DNA of 64,000 bases from positions 1 to 64,000 of the IMG/VR virus record IMGVR_UViG_3300048591_000348; one strand, written 5' to 3'. The position numbers were made by a program, and so were the translations under genes. Under the pieces are notes generated by a model. The model was not told the DNA's origin and did no database searches. It was given only the letters and a program-made list of their open reading frames with translations. Of the stretch, positions 46,727 through 55,268 are shown one piece after another. The first letter of the stretch is position 1; each line of letters starts with the position of its first letter. This DNA is from a virus.

Positions 46727-47965
46727 TCACGCCCCCCCGCTCAGCTTCGCGGCAAGGATCCGCTTGGTGCGTTCGATTTCTTCCTCCGGCTTGCCGTTGA
46801 TGGCCGCCGCGCCCGCGCTGAGACGCGACGCGACCGACTGCCGATCCCGCGCTTCTCTGGCCGCCTGTGCCCGACGTTGGTTGACGTCGCCCATGATCGA
46901 CCGGGCGAGAAAGTTGGCGATCTTGGATGGCAGGACTTTTTCCGGGCGCTGCCCGTTCTCGATCTCAAGACCCCATTGCATTGCGTGCGCAACGCAGAAA
47001 TCGCGAACCTCGGTCGCCGTGAGCCCAGAGTTGATCGTCTGCATTCGGATGCCCGAGACGTAGATCGCAAACGCCGCATGTCGGATCGTCTCGCCGTTGG
47101 CATAGACGCCGTGCCCGATGTGGGCCTCCCCAGCGAGAGGGGGCGGGTAATTGGCAGGCGCTGGCCCGCCTTCGCTCGCGTCCGCGCTAGTATCAGTTCT
47201 CACAGTAGTTTCTTTACTAGTTACTGTGCCAACTGGGGATCTGACATCAGAAGTGACGTCACTTGGGGATGTGACGTCAGATGGAGATCTGACATCAGAA
47301 CCCAAATTTGTGTCTTCACTATCGTTCGGCCTACTAGATATAGTTTTGATGTCAGGCTGGCATCTGACGTCAGATCCCCATCTGACGTCAGATGGGTGCA
47401 TGACGTCAGATGGGTGGGTGATGTCAGATAGGTGCATGACATCAGGATGGTGGATGATGTCAGATGGAGAGGTGACATTAAGCACGCGATTTCTGCGCGC
47501 CTGCGCAATGGGATGAGGTCTCAGCGGAGTAGTGCGCTGGGACATTATCCACTGCGTGACGATATCCTGTAGCTCGGCTTGTCTTTGCTTTCGCAGGGCG
47601 TAATGCGCGAGCGCCCTCCCTCCCCCTTCCGGGGCGCGCCTCGCTACGACGAGGTACCCCAACGCAACAAGTTCGGAGAGCGTGTTCCTGATGCCTTGGT
47701 CCGTGTACCCCTGGTCCGGGTAGCCGTCTATGTTGTAGCGCCGGAGGGCGGCGGCGATGGTTTTGTGCCCAGGATAAGCGGTGCCGGTTGACGAGTTTAT
47801 GTGACCAATAACTTCGGCGAGAACACGCAAATGGCGCCGATCCAATCGCGGGTCACGCACCGCCTCCATGATTACCTCCTTCATTGTCAGGAGAAGGTTC
47901 TCTTTGCTCTCGTTCACAAAGTCGTCGAAGGTCGGCCCGCCATTGTGCCCAATCTGGTCGGTCAT
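46727..47965 (-). CDS. Replication initiator (wHTH, lambda O-like organisation)
   Basis: GTAYPG..TIA...IRNTLSELVALGYL wHTH; internal iterons. Confidence 0.85.
   Translation of the reverse strand: MTDQIGHNGGPTFDDFVNESKENLLLTMKEVIMEAVRDPRLDRRHLRVLAEVIGHINSSTGTAYPGHKTIAAALRRYNIDGYPDQGYTDQGIRNTLSELVALGYLVVARRAPEGGGRALAHYALRKQRQAELQDIVTQWIMSQRTTPLRPHPIAQARRNRVLNVTSPSDIIHHPDVMHLSDITHPSDVMHPSDVRWGSDVRCQPDIKTISSRPNDSEDTNLGSDVRSPSDVTSPSDVTSDVRSPVGTVTSKETTVRTDTSADASEGGPAPANYPPPLAGEAHIGHGVYANGETIRHAAFAIYVSGIRMQTINSGLTATEVRDFCVAHAMQWGLEIENGQRPEKVLPSKIANFLARSIMGDVNQRRAQAAREARDRQSVASRLSAGAAAINGKPEEEIERTKRILAAKLSGGA
47188..47480. repeat. Probable replication origin: about 12 TGAYRTCA iterons at 18-bp spacing plus an AT-richer flank
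   Basis: Cores at 47242, 47254, 47272, 47290, 47347, 47365, 47383, 47401, 47419, 47437, 47455 and 47473 (degenerate). Confidence 0.8.
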
Positions 47966-48123
47966 AGCTCGCCTCCAATATTCCCGAGGAAACCGGGTAT
48001 TGCGGGCAAGGCGCGCTTGTTCTCGGGTGGAAAATCACATAGATACATATCTGTCTCCTGCTTCTTCATGGGTGGGGAAGCTGGTCCCGCTGGGCGGCGG
48101 GCTACTGATCTCTGCTTAGAAAG

Positions 48124-48153
48124 GCCCCGGCTCGTCTCGCCGGGGCTTTTTTT
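48124..48153 (+). terminator. Terminator antisense to the replication operon (possibly bidirectional)
   Basis: GCCCCGGC-loop-GCCGGGGC followed by T7. Confidence 0.7.
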
Positions 48154-48337
48154 GCCCAACGCAGCGGCTACTGAACGCTCCCGAGTTACGGAGCGCTGTC
48201 GATCGACGGTTTTCTCAAGTTTCCCATGGGAAACATCGTGTTACTTGATCGGAAACGATGCGGGCGCATCGCCTCGAAGACGCGCAGCAAGAACCGTTTC
48301 GCACCCCAACAGGCTCGATCGTCGATGATGGGGCACG

Positions 48338-49060
48338 TTACGCAACCTTGCGGCTCGGCAGCTCTGGCCATGGGATATCGTTCGCCTCGGTTTCCGCGTC
48401 GAGAACCGTCCACCGCCAGGATCGCTTGCGAGACGCCCCCTTTTTTCCGCGGTATCGTCGATCGCTGCGCGTCTTGGTAATGTCGTTTGAAAGCCTCTCG
48501 AGGGCTGGCCGGAAGACGCTAGGAGAGATCGGCCCCAGCTCTTCCGCCTCGAAAAATTCGCTACACAACTCGCCGAACTCCTCGTGGGAATAGGTGCCGC
48601 ACCGATCCGCCATCCTGACCCACTCGACAAAGCGCTCCGCCACCGCATCGACGTCGATCTTCGACCTGACTCGCTCGCCGTTCGACCGGGTCGACGACGA
48701 TGGTTTTGGCGACTGGCGTGGCGCAGGAACGGGCGCAACGGTTGTTTCGATTTCGGAGATCCGTTCATCTTCCAGCGCATCGGACTGCGACCAGCCGTTC
48801 AACTCGATCATGGACAGGCGTATCTCTGCCAGCCAGTCCGGATCGCTGATCGGCTCACTGATCCATGCCTCGAACGCTTCCATGCTCTTGTTTTCCGGGC
48901 GCAAGCCCGGGTTCTTGAGGCAGGCCCGTTGATATGACGTGCCGGCGCCAGACCGAAGCTGCGCGCAAGATGCTGCGGCGTTTTCAGTCGGCGCCGGCGC
49001 GCGCCCCCCCATAGAGCGCAGCCCAACGCGGCGGCCGAATAGCCGGTCCGCTAGGCCCAT
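48338..49060 (-). CDS. Hypothetical protein with possible C-terminal wHTH
   Basis: MGLADRLFG start after AAGGGA. Confidence 0.6.
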   Translation of the reverse strand: MGLADRLFGRRVGLRSMGGRAPAPTENAAASCAQLRSGAGTSYQRACLKNPGLRPENKSMEAFEAWISEPISDPDWLAEIRLSMIELNGWSQSDALEDERISEIETTVAPVPAPRQSPKPSSSTRSNGERVRSKIDVDAVAERFVEWVRMADRCGTYSHEEFGELCSEFFEAEELGPISPSVFRPALERLSNDITKTRSDRRYRGKKGASRKRSWRWTVLDAETEANDIPWPELPSRKVA

Positions 49061-49177
49061 ATCCACGGTCCCTTTTGATTTTCCTGACGCGCCTGGAAAT
49101 GGGGGCGCATGCAACTGCGCGCGCCCCAAGTCCAGGGAGGAAGCTCCGACTCCCGGCATTCGGAAGTCTCATCATCT

Positions 49178-49205
49178 TGTTGCCAAAATCGAAACGTGAT
49201 GTCAA
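49178..49205 (-). promoter_or_regulatory. Operator family A copy beside a TTGACA -35 for the replication operon
   Basis: Minus strand reads TTGACA TCAC GTTTCGATTTTGGCAACA; partial second copy at 49258-49270. Confidence 0.65.
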
Positions 49206-49318
49206 TGCAGATAGGCAGCGTTGTGTATTTGGCAAGCCTACGTGGCGCTCAAGGTACGAAAATCGAAACATGCGCACCGCGCGCGTTGGTGCTAGACCGA
49301 GACAGTAAGCAGTAAAGC

Positions 49319-49888
49319 GTGGAGACGAGAACGATGGACAAGCCGGATAGAGACGTGATCGCCCTGTGGATGGAGGATGCTCTGCGGAGAAAGCCGCATC
49401 TGTCGCAATCGGGGCTGGCAGACCGGCTTGGGAGTCATCGATCCAAAGTCACCAAGATGCTGAACGGCAGCCGGAAAGTGAGCGGTCTAGAGCTTCCGAT
49501 CATCGAGACTTACCTCGAGGAGGTCAGCCCTTTATCCGGGATAGATGTCGTGGGGATCATATCATCCGCGTGGTATGAGACCGGCACCGAACCGAGGGTC
49601 GCGGAGCGCATCCCGAGGTCGCATTACGCCAAGCCATTGCATCAATGCGCGTTTCTGGTGCAGTCGGACATGCCCATGATTAGGGCCGGCGATGGCGATA
49701 TCGCGATCGGCGTCGCCGTGAATGCCGACAATCAGCCGATCCGGGGCGATCTGGTTGTTTGTCGGCAAAGCAGGGGCGGGCTGCACAACCTGTCCGTTGG
49801 GCGATACGTGAGCCAGAAAGAGATAGAAGGCATTCGTGGGGCGGCCGACATCGTGGCCGTCCTCGTCGAGATCAGACGACGGCCTTGA
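49319..49888 (+). CDS. CI-like repressor 1 (XRE HTH plus degenerate S24 domain)
   Basis: LSQSGLADRLGSHRSKVTKMLNGSR; GDLVV; the catalytic-Lys position reads SVGRY. Confidence 0.8.
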   Translation: METRTMDKPDRDVIALWMEDALRRKPHLSQSGLADRLGSHRSKVTKMLNGSRKVSGLELPIIETYLEEVSPLSGIDVVGIISSAWYETGTEPRVAERIPRSHYAKPLHQCAFLVQSDMPMIRAGDGDIAIGVAVNADNQPIRGDLVVCRQSRGGLHNLSVGRYVSQKEIEGIRGAADIVAVLVEIRRRP

Positions 49889-50120
49889 CCGACCCAGAGC
49901 GGGGCGGTCGGCCCGGCCGCATCCGCGGCGACGGCCGATCGAGCACGTCCGTGGGCGTGACCCTTCCCCCGCTCAGCTCGTAGATTTTCGCGATCCTCTC
50001 CGGATTCGGAGGCATGGAGCCGTTGATCCAGCGGCGCACCGTGCTTTCGGTGACGCGCATCTGTTCCGCCAGCCAGGCCGGCGATGCTCCTATAGAGTCT
50101 AGCCATTCTCGAATGCGCAT
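49872..50120 (-). CDS. Cro-like HTH protein, probably leaderless
   Basis: LAEQMRVTESTVRRWING..P...LSGGRVTPTD. Confidence 0.85.
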   Translation of the reverse strand: MRIREWLDSIGASPAWLAEQMRVTESTVRRWINGSMPPNPERIAKIYELSGGRVTPTDVLDRPSPRMRPGRPPRSGSVKAVV

Positions 50121-50127
50121 GGCCCAA

Positions 50128-50156
50128 AATATACGTGCGACGCACACGCCAGTCAA
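50128..50156 (-). promoter_or_regulatory. Sigma70 promoter of the cro-like gene
   Basis: TTGACT-N17-TATATT, 7 nt before the ATG. Confidence 0.75.
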
Positions 50157-50188
50157 CAGAATTAACGTGACGCGCAGCTATACATTGA

Positions 50189-50207
50189 TTGAACGATATA
50201 CGTTCAA
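50189..50207. promoter_or_regulatory. Operator family B (TGAACG-N5-CGTTCA)
   Basis: TTGAACG ATATA CGTTCAA between cro and cI. Confidence 0.7.
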
Positions 50208-50282
50208 GATCCGCCTTCCTACTATCGCACTCCCGCGCTAGATGCGCGGTGTGTAGCAACTGGTGGAATTTCGGGCTGCATC

Positions 50283-50855
50283 ATGAATCGAATATTGGAG
50301 CTTCGGCGGGCGGCCGGATTGAGCAGAAAGCAGCTCGGCGACGCGGTTGGCGTCGAGCAAAACACCATTCGTCGGTACGAGACAGGAGAGATCAGCATAT
50401 CTCTTGATATGCTCCAAGCGATTGCGACCGCACTGCGGTGCGACGTTGCGGATCTTATAGCGAGCGACGGCGGCCTTGAAGACGACGTTGCACTGGAGAT
50501 CCCGGCGTTTGGCATGCTGGCGATCACATCGGCGATAGGCAGGCGGGGGCTGAAGATTTATCGGGTACTTACCGATGTCCTTGCAGACGCTGACATAAGG
50601 CGGAGTCATCGGCTGCTCGTCGACGAGAGTAACGAAGCGTGCTCGGCCCGCAAGGCCGGTGACGCGCTGGTTTTGCGCATATCGACGGGGCCACTCCTGT
50701 TGCGGCAATACCTACCGCCTCACCTTCTCGTCACGAACAGGTTTGGCGTCGACAACTCCACCCTCAAGCTGAACGATCGGACGCTGCGCGTCGACGTCGT
50801 TGGCATTGTTATTGAGCCCATAATCGACGGCGGCATCTCCGATACCGCCCACTGA
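50283..50855 (+). CDS. CI-like repressor 2 (XRE HTH plus degenerate S24 domain)
   Basis: RILELRRAAGLSRKQLGDAVGVEQNTIRRYETG; VLTDVL and LLRQ replace GDSM and KR. Confidence 0.85.
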   Translation: MNRILELRRAAGLSRKQLGDAVGVEQNTIRRYETGEISISLDMLQAIATALRCDVADLIASDGGLEDDVALEIPAFGMLAITSAIGRRGLKIYRVLTDVLADADIRRSHRLLVDESNEACSARKAGDALVLRISTGPLLLRQYLPPHLLVTNRFGVDNSTLKLNDRTLRVDVVGIVIEPIIDGGISDTAH

Positions 50856-51488
50856 CGGGGGTGTTGGGGCGCGGGGTGGTGATAGCGACAGACGTCCGAT
50901 AACCCCAAAGAACCCGCTTTCAACTCCCGACCACCGCCCGTCCTCGACGATGTCGCGCACGACCCACGGTAAGATCGGTCCAGACCCCACATTGCGCCAT
51001 CTGGCGACGTACTGCCTGCCGATTTCCGCCCCTGTAGCCGTGTCTCGCGTCCAATCCCCTGTTGGCTGTGGCGCGACCCAGAATCGTTTGTGTTGATCGT
51101 TTGCGGCTCGCTTGATGTTCGGCGCCGCTGCGGGTGAGCGATGAGCGCGCACCATCTGGCCGCCTCTAGAGTTTAGGCTGGCCAGAATGACCGAGCCCGC
51201 AACGATGGTTAGATAGCGAACCAGATCCTCGATCGGCGGGGGCGCAATCCCCCATCGGGGCGGTGCGAGCACGATTGCGTGCGCCACTACAGATAGAGCG
51301 GCGCACGCCAACCCGGACAAGATCCCGAACCGAACCGAGCAAATCGCGACAACGAGCATGTACGCGGTCGCGATCCACTCGTTCAAAGCGCCACCACCAA
51401 CAAACAGCGCGCCCGCAGCCGTCACGAGGAGGGTGAGGCTGGCCGGCAAGAGAACATCTTGTTTTACATCGACAGGAATCGGAAACAT
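50712..51488 (-). CDS. KdpD-type 4TM (DUF4118-like) membrane protein fused to an unnamed domain
   Basis: YMLVVAICSVRFGILSGLACAALSV..LAPPRW; C-domain paralogous to 25173-25547. Confidence 0.7.
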   Translation of the reverse strand: MFPIPVDVKQDVLLPASLTLLVTAAGALFVGGGALNEWIATAYMLVVAICSVRFGILSGLACAALSVVAHAIVLAPPRWGIAPPPIEDLVRYLTIVAGSVILASLNSRGGQMVRAHRSPAAAPNIKRAANDQHKRFWVAPQPTGDWTRDTATGAEIGRQYVARWRNVGSGPILPWVVRDIVEDGRWSGVESGFFGVIGRLSLSPPRAPTPPSVGGIGDAAVDYGLNNNANDVDAQRPIVQLEGGVVDAKPVRDEKVRR

Positions 51489-51603
51489 CCCCCCCCACGC
51501 ACAAATCCGAACGCCAAACATCCGCCAAGCTTACGCTACGCGGTCGCATCGCGACTATTGCCCGTGGCAATGTGGCGCACTTAAGGCCGCAACACGTTCA
51601 TTA

Positions 51604-51630
51604 TTGACAAATGAACGCGTCACGTTCATT
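51604..51630 (+). promoter_or_regulatory. Early rightward promoter with operator family B
   Basis: TTGACA at 51604, then AATGAACG CGTCA CGTTCATT. Confidence 0.75.
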
Positions 51631-51665
51631 GATGGTCCATCGGACGCGACTCGGGGAGGGGAATA

Positions 51666-51959
51666 ATGCAATTTGACTTCCGATACCGATCGGCTGCGGG
51701 GGATCGTGCGTTCATAGACGCCGCAGCCAGTGCTGAGGTGTCTCTCGCGTTCCATGACGAGACGGGGGCAATCGATTTCGACATCGGTCGCATCGCGCTC
51801 AATGGCATCGAGATCGACGAGTGGTCGGGGCTCTATCACGACATCCACGACTACGTCTGCTCGGCATGTTCCGCTGAAATACTCGCTGCCTTGGATCCTA
51901 TCGCCAAAAGAGCGGTGAATGTCCATCGGGCGATCGGGCGCAGCAGACCGTCTGTCTAA
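51666..51959 (+). CDS. Hypothetical protein
   Basis: GGAGG RBS. Confidence 0.65.
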   Translation: MQFDFRYRSAAGDRAFIDAAASAEVSLAFHDETGAIDFDIGRIALNGIEIDEWSGLYHDIHDYVCSACSAEILAALDPIAKRAVNVHRAIGRSRPSV

Positions 51960-51993
51960 TCAGAAAGCTGATATCTAGATCGGGATAATAGTC

Positions 51994-53040
51994 ATGGCTG
52001 ATGGTAATCAGGAATGGGCTTACTACCGCGCTGCACTTCGCGGTGAATTAGGGCCGATCAAAGAGTCCGACCCACAGACGGGATACTACCGCCACTACAC
52101 CGACAATGAGGTCGCCATTTGGCGCGAAGGCGGCTCGGTCCTGATGTTGGTTGGGACGGAAAATGTTGAAGATCCAATCGACCAAGGTCGCATCTGGATC
52201 TCCTGCGCCAAGAAGCCCGTCAGCTACGATCGGTATGTTGCGAAGCAAGAGACAGGATCTTGGTCGCCTCTTCCCGAAGCGACCGACGAGGCACAGCCCG
52301 GGGCCGGCCACAACAGTGGCAACGTCGATGCCTACATCAAGATGCGTGAGGAACTGCTTGGCGAGGTCAGCGAGTCGTCAGCCTTTTACGCCAAGAACCC
52401 AGTCACCACGAAAGATGACGCTGACCGGGCGCAAGACTGGGGTGACCGTCTAGCGAAGTCGGCCAAGGCCGCGGACAAAATGCGGCTCGAAGAAACGGAG
52501 CCGCTGCGGGCGAAGATCGACGAGATCAACGCCAAGTGGAGCGGCATCATCAAGCCCGCCGAGCGGCAGGCGGCGGATCTTCGAGGGCTGGCACAAACCT
52601 GGGGCAAGGCAGAGGCGGCACGCCTTCGGAAGGAGGCGGAGGAAAAGTCTCGGCGAGAATGGGAGGCGCAGCAGCAGAAGGTGCGCGAAGAGCGCGAGGC
52701 TGCCCGCAAAAAGGCAGAGGAAGAGGCTGCCGCCAAGGGCGAAGATGCGCCGCAGGATGATCTTGGCTTCGACCTGCCGCTCGCGCCGCCCCCGCGGCCG
52801 ACCGTCAAGGCTCCAGACATCAAGCTCGGAACCGGCACCGTTGGCAATCGGCGCAGCGTGAAGACGGCGCCCGTCATGCAGGCTGTCATCGTCAATCTCA
52901 AAGAAGCTGCGCTCTACCTCGTTGAGCAGAACCACCCCGAGCTCGTGGCGCTTGTCCAGAGGCTCGCCGACAAGGGCGCCAAGTCGAAGATGCCGATGCC
53001 CGGCACGCAGCTTGTCGAGAAAGAAGAGACGGCGGCTTAG
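51994..53040 (+). CDS. Coiled-coil hypothetical protein (recombination module)
   Basis: PQTGYYR N-terminus, GHNSG, long coiled coil. Confidence 0.7.
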   Translation: MADGNQEWAYYRAALRGELGPIKESDPQTGYYRHYTDNEVAIWREGGSVLMLVGTENVEDPIDQGRIWISCAKKPVSYDRYVAKQETGSWSPLPEATDEAQPGAGHNSGNVDAYIKMREELLGEVSESSAFYAKNPVTTKDDADRAQDWGDRLAKSAKAADKMRLEETEPLRAKIDEINAKWSGIIKPAERQAADLRGLAQTWGKAEAARLRKEAEEKSRREWEAQQQKVREEREAARKKAEEEAAAKGEDAPQDDLGFDLPLAPPPRPTVKAPDIKLGTGTVGNRRSVKTAPVMQAVIVNLKEAALYLVEQNHPELVALVQRLADKGAKSKMPMPGTQLVEKEETAA

Positions 53041-53053
53041 GGGAGGAAGGCAC

Positions 53054-53347
53054 ATGCGACGCACTTTTGCATACGGAGTCGAGCTTGCCGGCATCGGAGA
53101 AATTTTCGGGAGTTACATCGCCGACTGCGGCGACATCGACCTCATCGAGCTTCCAGACGGCGAGGAAGTGACGATGGATTTGCGCGGCAATGCGAGCCAT
53201 CGCAGTCCGCTCTGCCGGGCACTCGCCGAGGCGGTTTACCGCGAGCTTATGTCATCGCCTGCCGCGGCCATCGAGCAAATCGCGGCAACACAGCCGCACG
53301 AGGACTGGTCGAGCTACGCGCCAGCTACGATTTGGGGGAATCCATGA
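53054..53347 (+). CDS. Hypothetical protein
   Basis: GGAGG RBS. Confidence 0.6.
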   Translation: MRRTFAYGVELAGIGEIFGSYIADCGDIDLIELPDGEEVTMDLRGNASHRSPLCRALAEAVYRELMSSPAAAIEQIAATQPHEDWSSYAPATIWGNP

Positions 53348-54216
53348 GCGCCGTTATCATTGATGCTTCGGGATACATTTACCGCGCTTTCTACGCGCTA
53401 CCACCTATCCAGCGTGGCGATGGGATGCCCACGGGGGCCGTGCTTGGATATTGCAACATGCTGTGGCGTCTGAAGCGTGACTTTGTGACAGCGAGCCATT
53501 TTGCTGTTGTCTTCGACAAGGGGAAGTCGGCAAAGAGAACTGCGATCTATCCGGACTACAAGGCCCAACGGAAACCTCAACCAGAAGAGTTGTTGCAGCA
53601 GTTGGATCTTGTTCGTGATGCCACACGCGCCTTCGGCTTCACAGTCGTGGAGTCTGACGGGGTCGAGGCCGACGATCTCCTGGCGAGTTATGCCGAGGTC
53701 TTCCGCGACAATTTGGACGACGTGACTATCGTCTCTCCGGATAAGGACTTGATCCAGCTCATCCGGGATGGGGTTTCGGTTTTTTGTCCGCTGAAGGGGC
53801 GACTTGTTGGCGTCTCTGACTCTCTCGACAAGTTCGGCGTCCCGCCGCGCCTCTCGGTTGATGCGCAGGCGCTGATTGGAGACCCGACCGACAACATCCC
53901 TGGTGTTCCGTCGATTGGCCCTAAGACGGCCGGGAAGCTGCTAAGTCAGTTCGGCTCCCTGGACAATCTCCTGGCCAATGCCGATGAGGTTCAGCCCGAG
54001 CGATATCGTAGAGCTATTCAAAACAACATCGATCTCGCCTTGTTGAGCAGGACGCTCGCGACTCTCGATCGGGACGTCCCGCTGCCGCTTGCGCTCTCTG
54101 CACTCGAGGCAAAGGACGTCGATGTGGAAACGCTCATGGCTTTTGCGCGTGAGATGGAGTTTGCGAGTTTCGAGGCCGACGTCGCGAAATTCTATCGCAT
54201 CGGAGATGCCGCATGA
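53344..54216 (+). CDS. Stand-alone 5'-3' exonuclease/flap endonuclease (PolI N-terminal domain)
   Basis: IDAS.YIYRAFYALP, YKAQR, EADD, DKDL.QL, GDPTDNIPGVPSIGPKTA. Confidence 0.95.
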   Translation: MSAVIIDASGYIYRAFYALPPIQRGDGMPTGAVLGYCNMLWRLKRDFVTASHFAVVFDKGKSAKRTAIYPDYKAQRKPQPEELLQQLDLVRDATRAFGFTVVESDGVEADDLLASYAEVFRDNLDDVTIVSPDKDLIQLIRDGVSVFCPLKGRLVGVSDSLDKFGVPPRLSVDAQALIGDPTDNIPGVPSIGPKTAGKLLSQFGSLDNLLANADEVQPERYRRAIQNNIDLALLSRTLATLDRDVPLPLALSALEAKDVDVETLMAFAREMEFASFEADVAKFYRIGDAA

Positions 54217-55121
54217 GCGATACCGATATTGAAATTCTCGCTCCGGTCGAGAGCAAAGACGAAAGCATGGCGATCTCCCTCGCAAGGGCAGAGATCGATC
54301 AGCAGATTTCCACCGCCAAAGCATATCCGCGGTCTATCGAGAAGGCCGTCAAGGGCATCACGGCGCTTGCTCTGCTCGATGTGGAAACCGCTCAATCCTG
54401 CACTTATGCGCTCCCGAGAGGTGGCAAGCCGATCACCGGCCCGTCTGCACGGTTTGCCGAGATCGTCTTTTCCCAGTGGGGCAACGCTCGGGTGTCTGCC
54501 CGCGTGGTGCATGTGGACAAGACCGATAAGTATATCGAGGCGGAGGGCATCTTCCACGATCTCGAGACGAACACGGCCAGGCGCGCTCTTGTTCGTCGCC
54601 GCATCTCAGACAAGCACGGCCGCGTGCTTAGCGACGACATGATCACCGTCACGGGAAACGCGGCGGCATCTATTGCGTCGCGCAATGCGATCCTTGCCGG
54701 CATCCCTAAAGCGGCCTGGGGGAAGGCATACGACAAGTGTCTTGCTGCTTTGCGTGGGGACGTGAAAACACTCAGTGTCACGCGCGATGAAGCGATGAAG
54801 AATTTCGCCGCATTCGGCGTGACCCCGGAGCAGGTTTTCGCAGCGCTCGACGTTGCCGGGATCGCCGACGTCACGACTGATCACATCGTAACGCTGCGGG
54901 CCATGTTCGCTACGCTCAAGAACGGCGAAGCGACCGTTGAGGAGATGTTTCCGCCGGCGAAAACGGCAAAGCCGTCGATCGCCAAGGGTACGAAGGCGCC
55001 GCCACCGCCTCCCGAGAACGGATCGACCGTTGCCCAGCAGGAGGACGAAGCCCCGACGCGGGCCGCCGCGAAGGTGGCCGTCGTTCGCCGCGTTCCGCCG
55101 CCGCCGCCACCGGCTGAATAG
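54213..55121 (+). CDS. Conserved phage protein, candidate ssDNA-annealing partner
   Basis: EIDQQISTAKAYPRS, YALPRGGKPITGPSARFAE; next to the exonuclease; function inferred from position only. Confidence 0.5.
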   Translation: MSDTDIEILAPVESKDESMAISLARAEIDQQISTAKAYPRSIEKAVKGITALALLDVETAQSCTYALPRGGKPITGPSARFAEIVFSQWGNARVSARVVHVDKTDKYIEAEGIFHDLETNTARRALVRRRISDKHGRVLSDDMITVTGNAAASIASRNAILAGIPKAAWGKAYDKCLAALRGDVKTLSVTRDEAMKNFAAFGVTPEQVFAALDVAGIADVTTDHIVTLRAMFATLKNGEATVEEMFPPAKTAKPSIAKGTKAPPPPPENGSTVAQQEDEAPTRAAAKVAVVRRVPPPPPPAE

Positions 55122-55268
55122 GGGGGGGTGGGATGCGCATGCTCTCAATCAACACCTTCGACACGCACATTGGATTTTGGCAGGAGAATGCCAACGATCC
55201 CTCCTTTCAGCGCGATATCTACTTGAACGTTCATGCTGTCGAGCTTCTCTCACATCACGGATTGCTAG

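Noticed and set aside
46028-47431. 467-aa plus-strand ORF and similar long antisense ORFs
   Set aside because: High-GC shadows of well-supported opposite-strand genes
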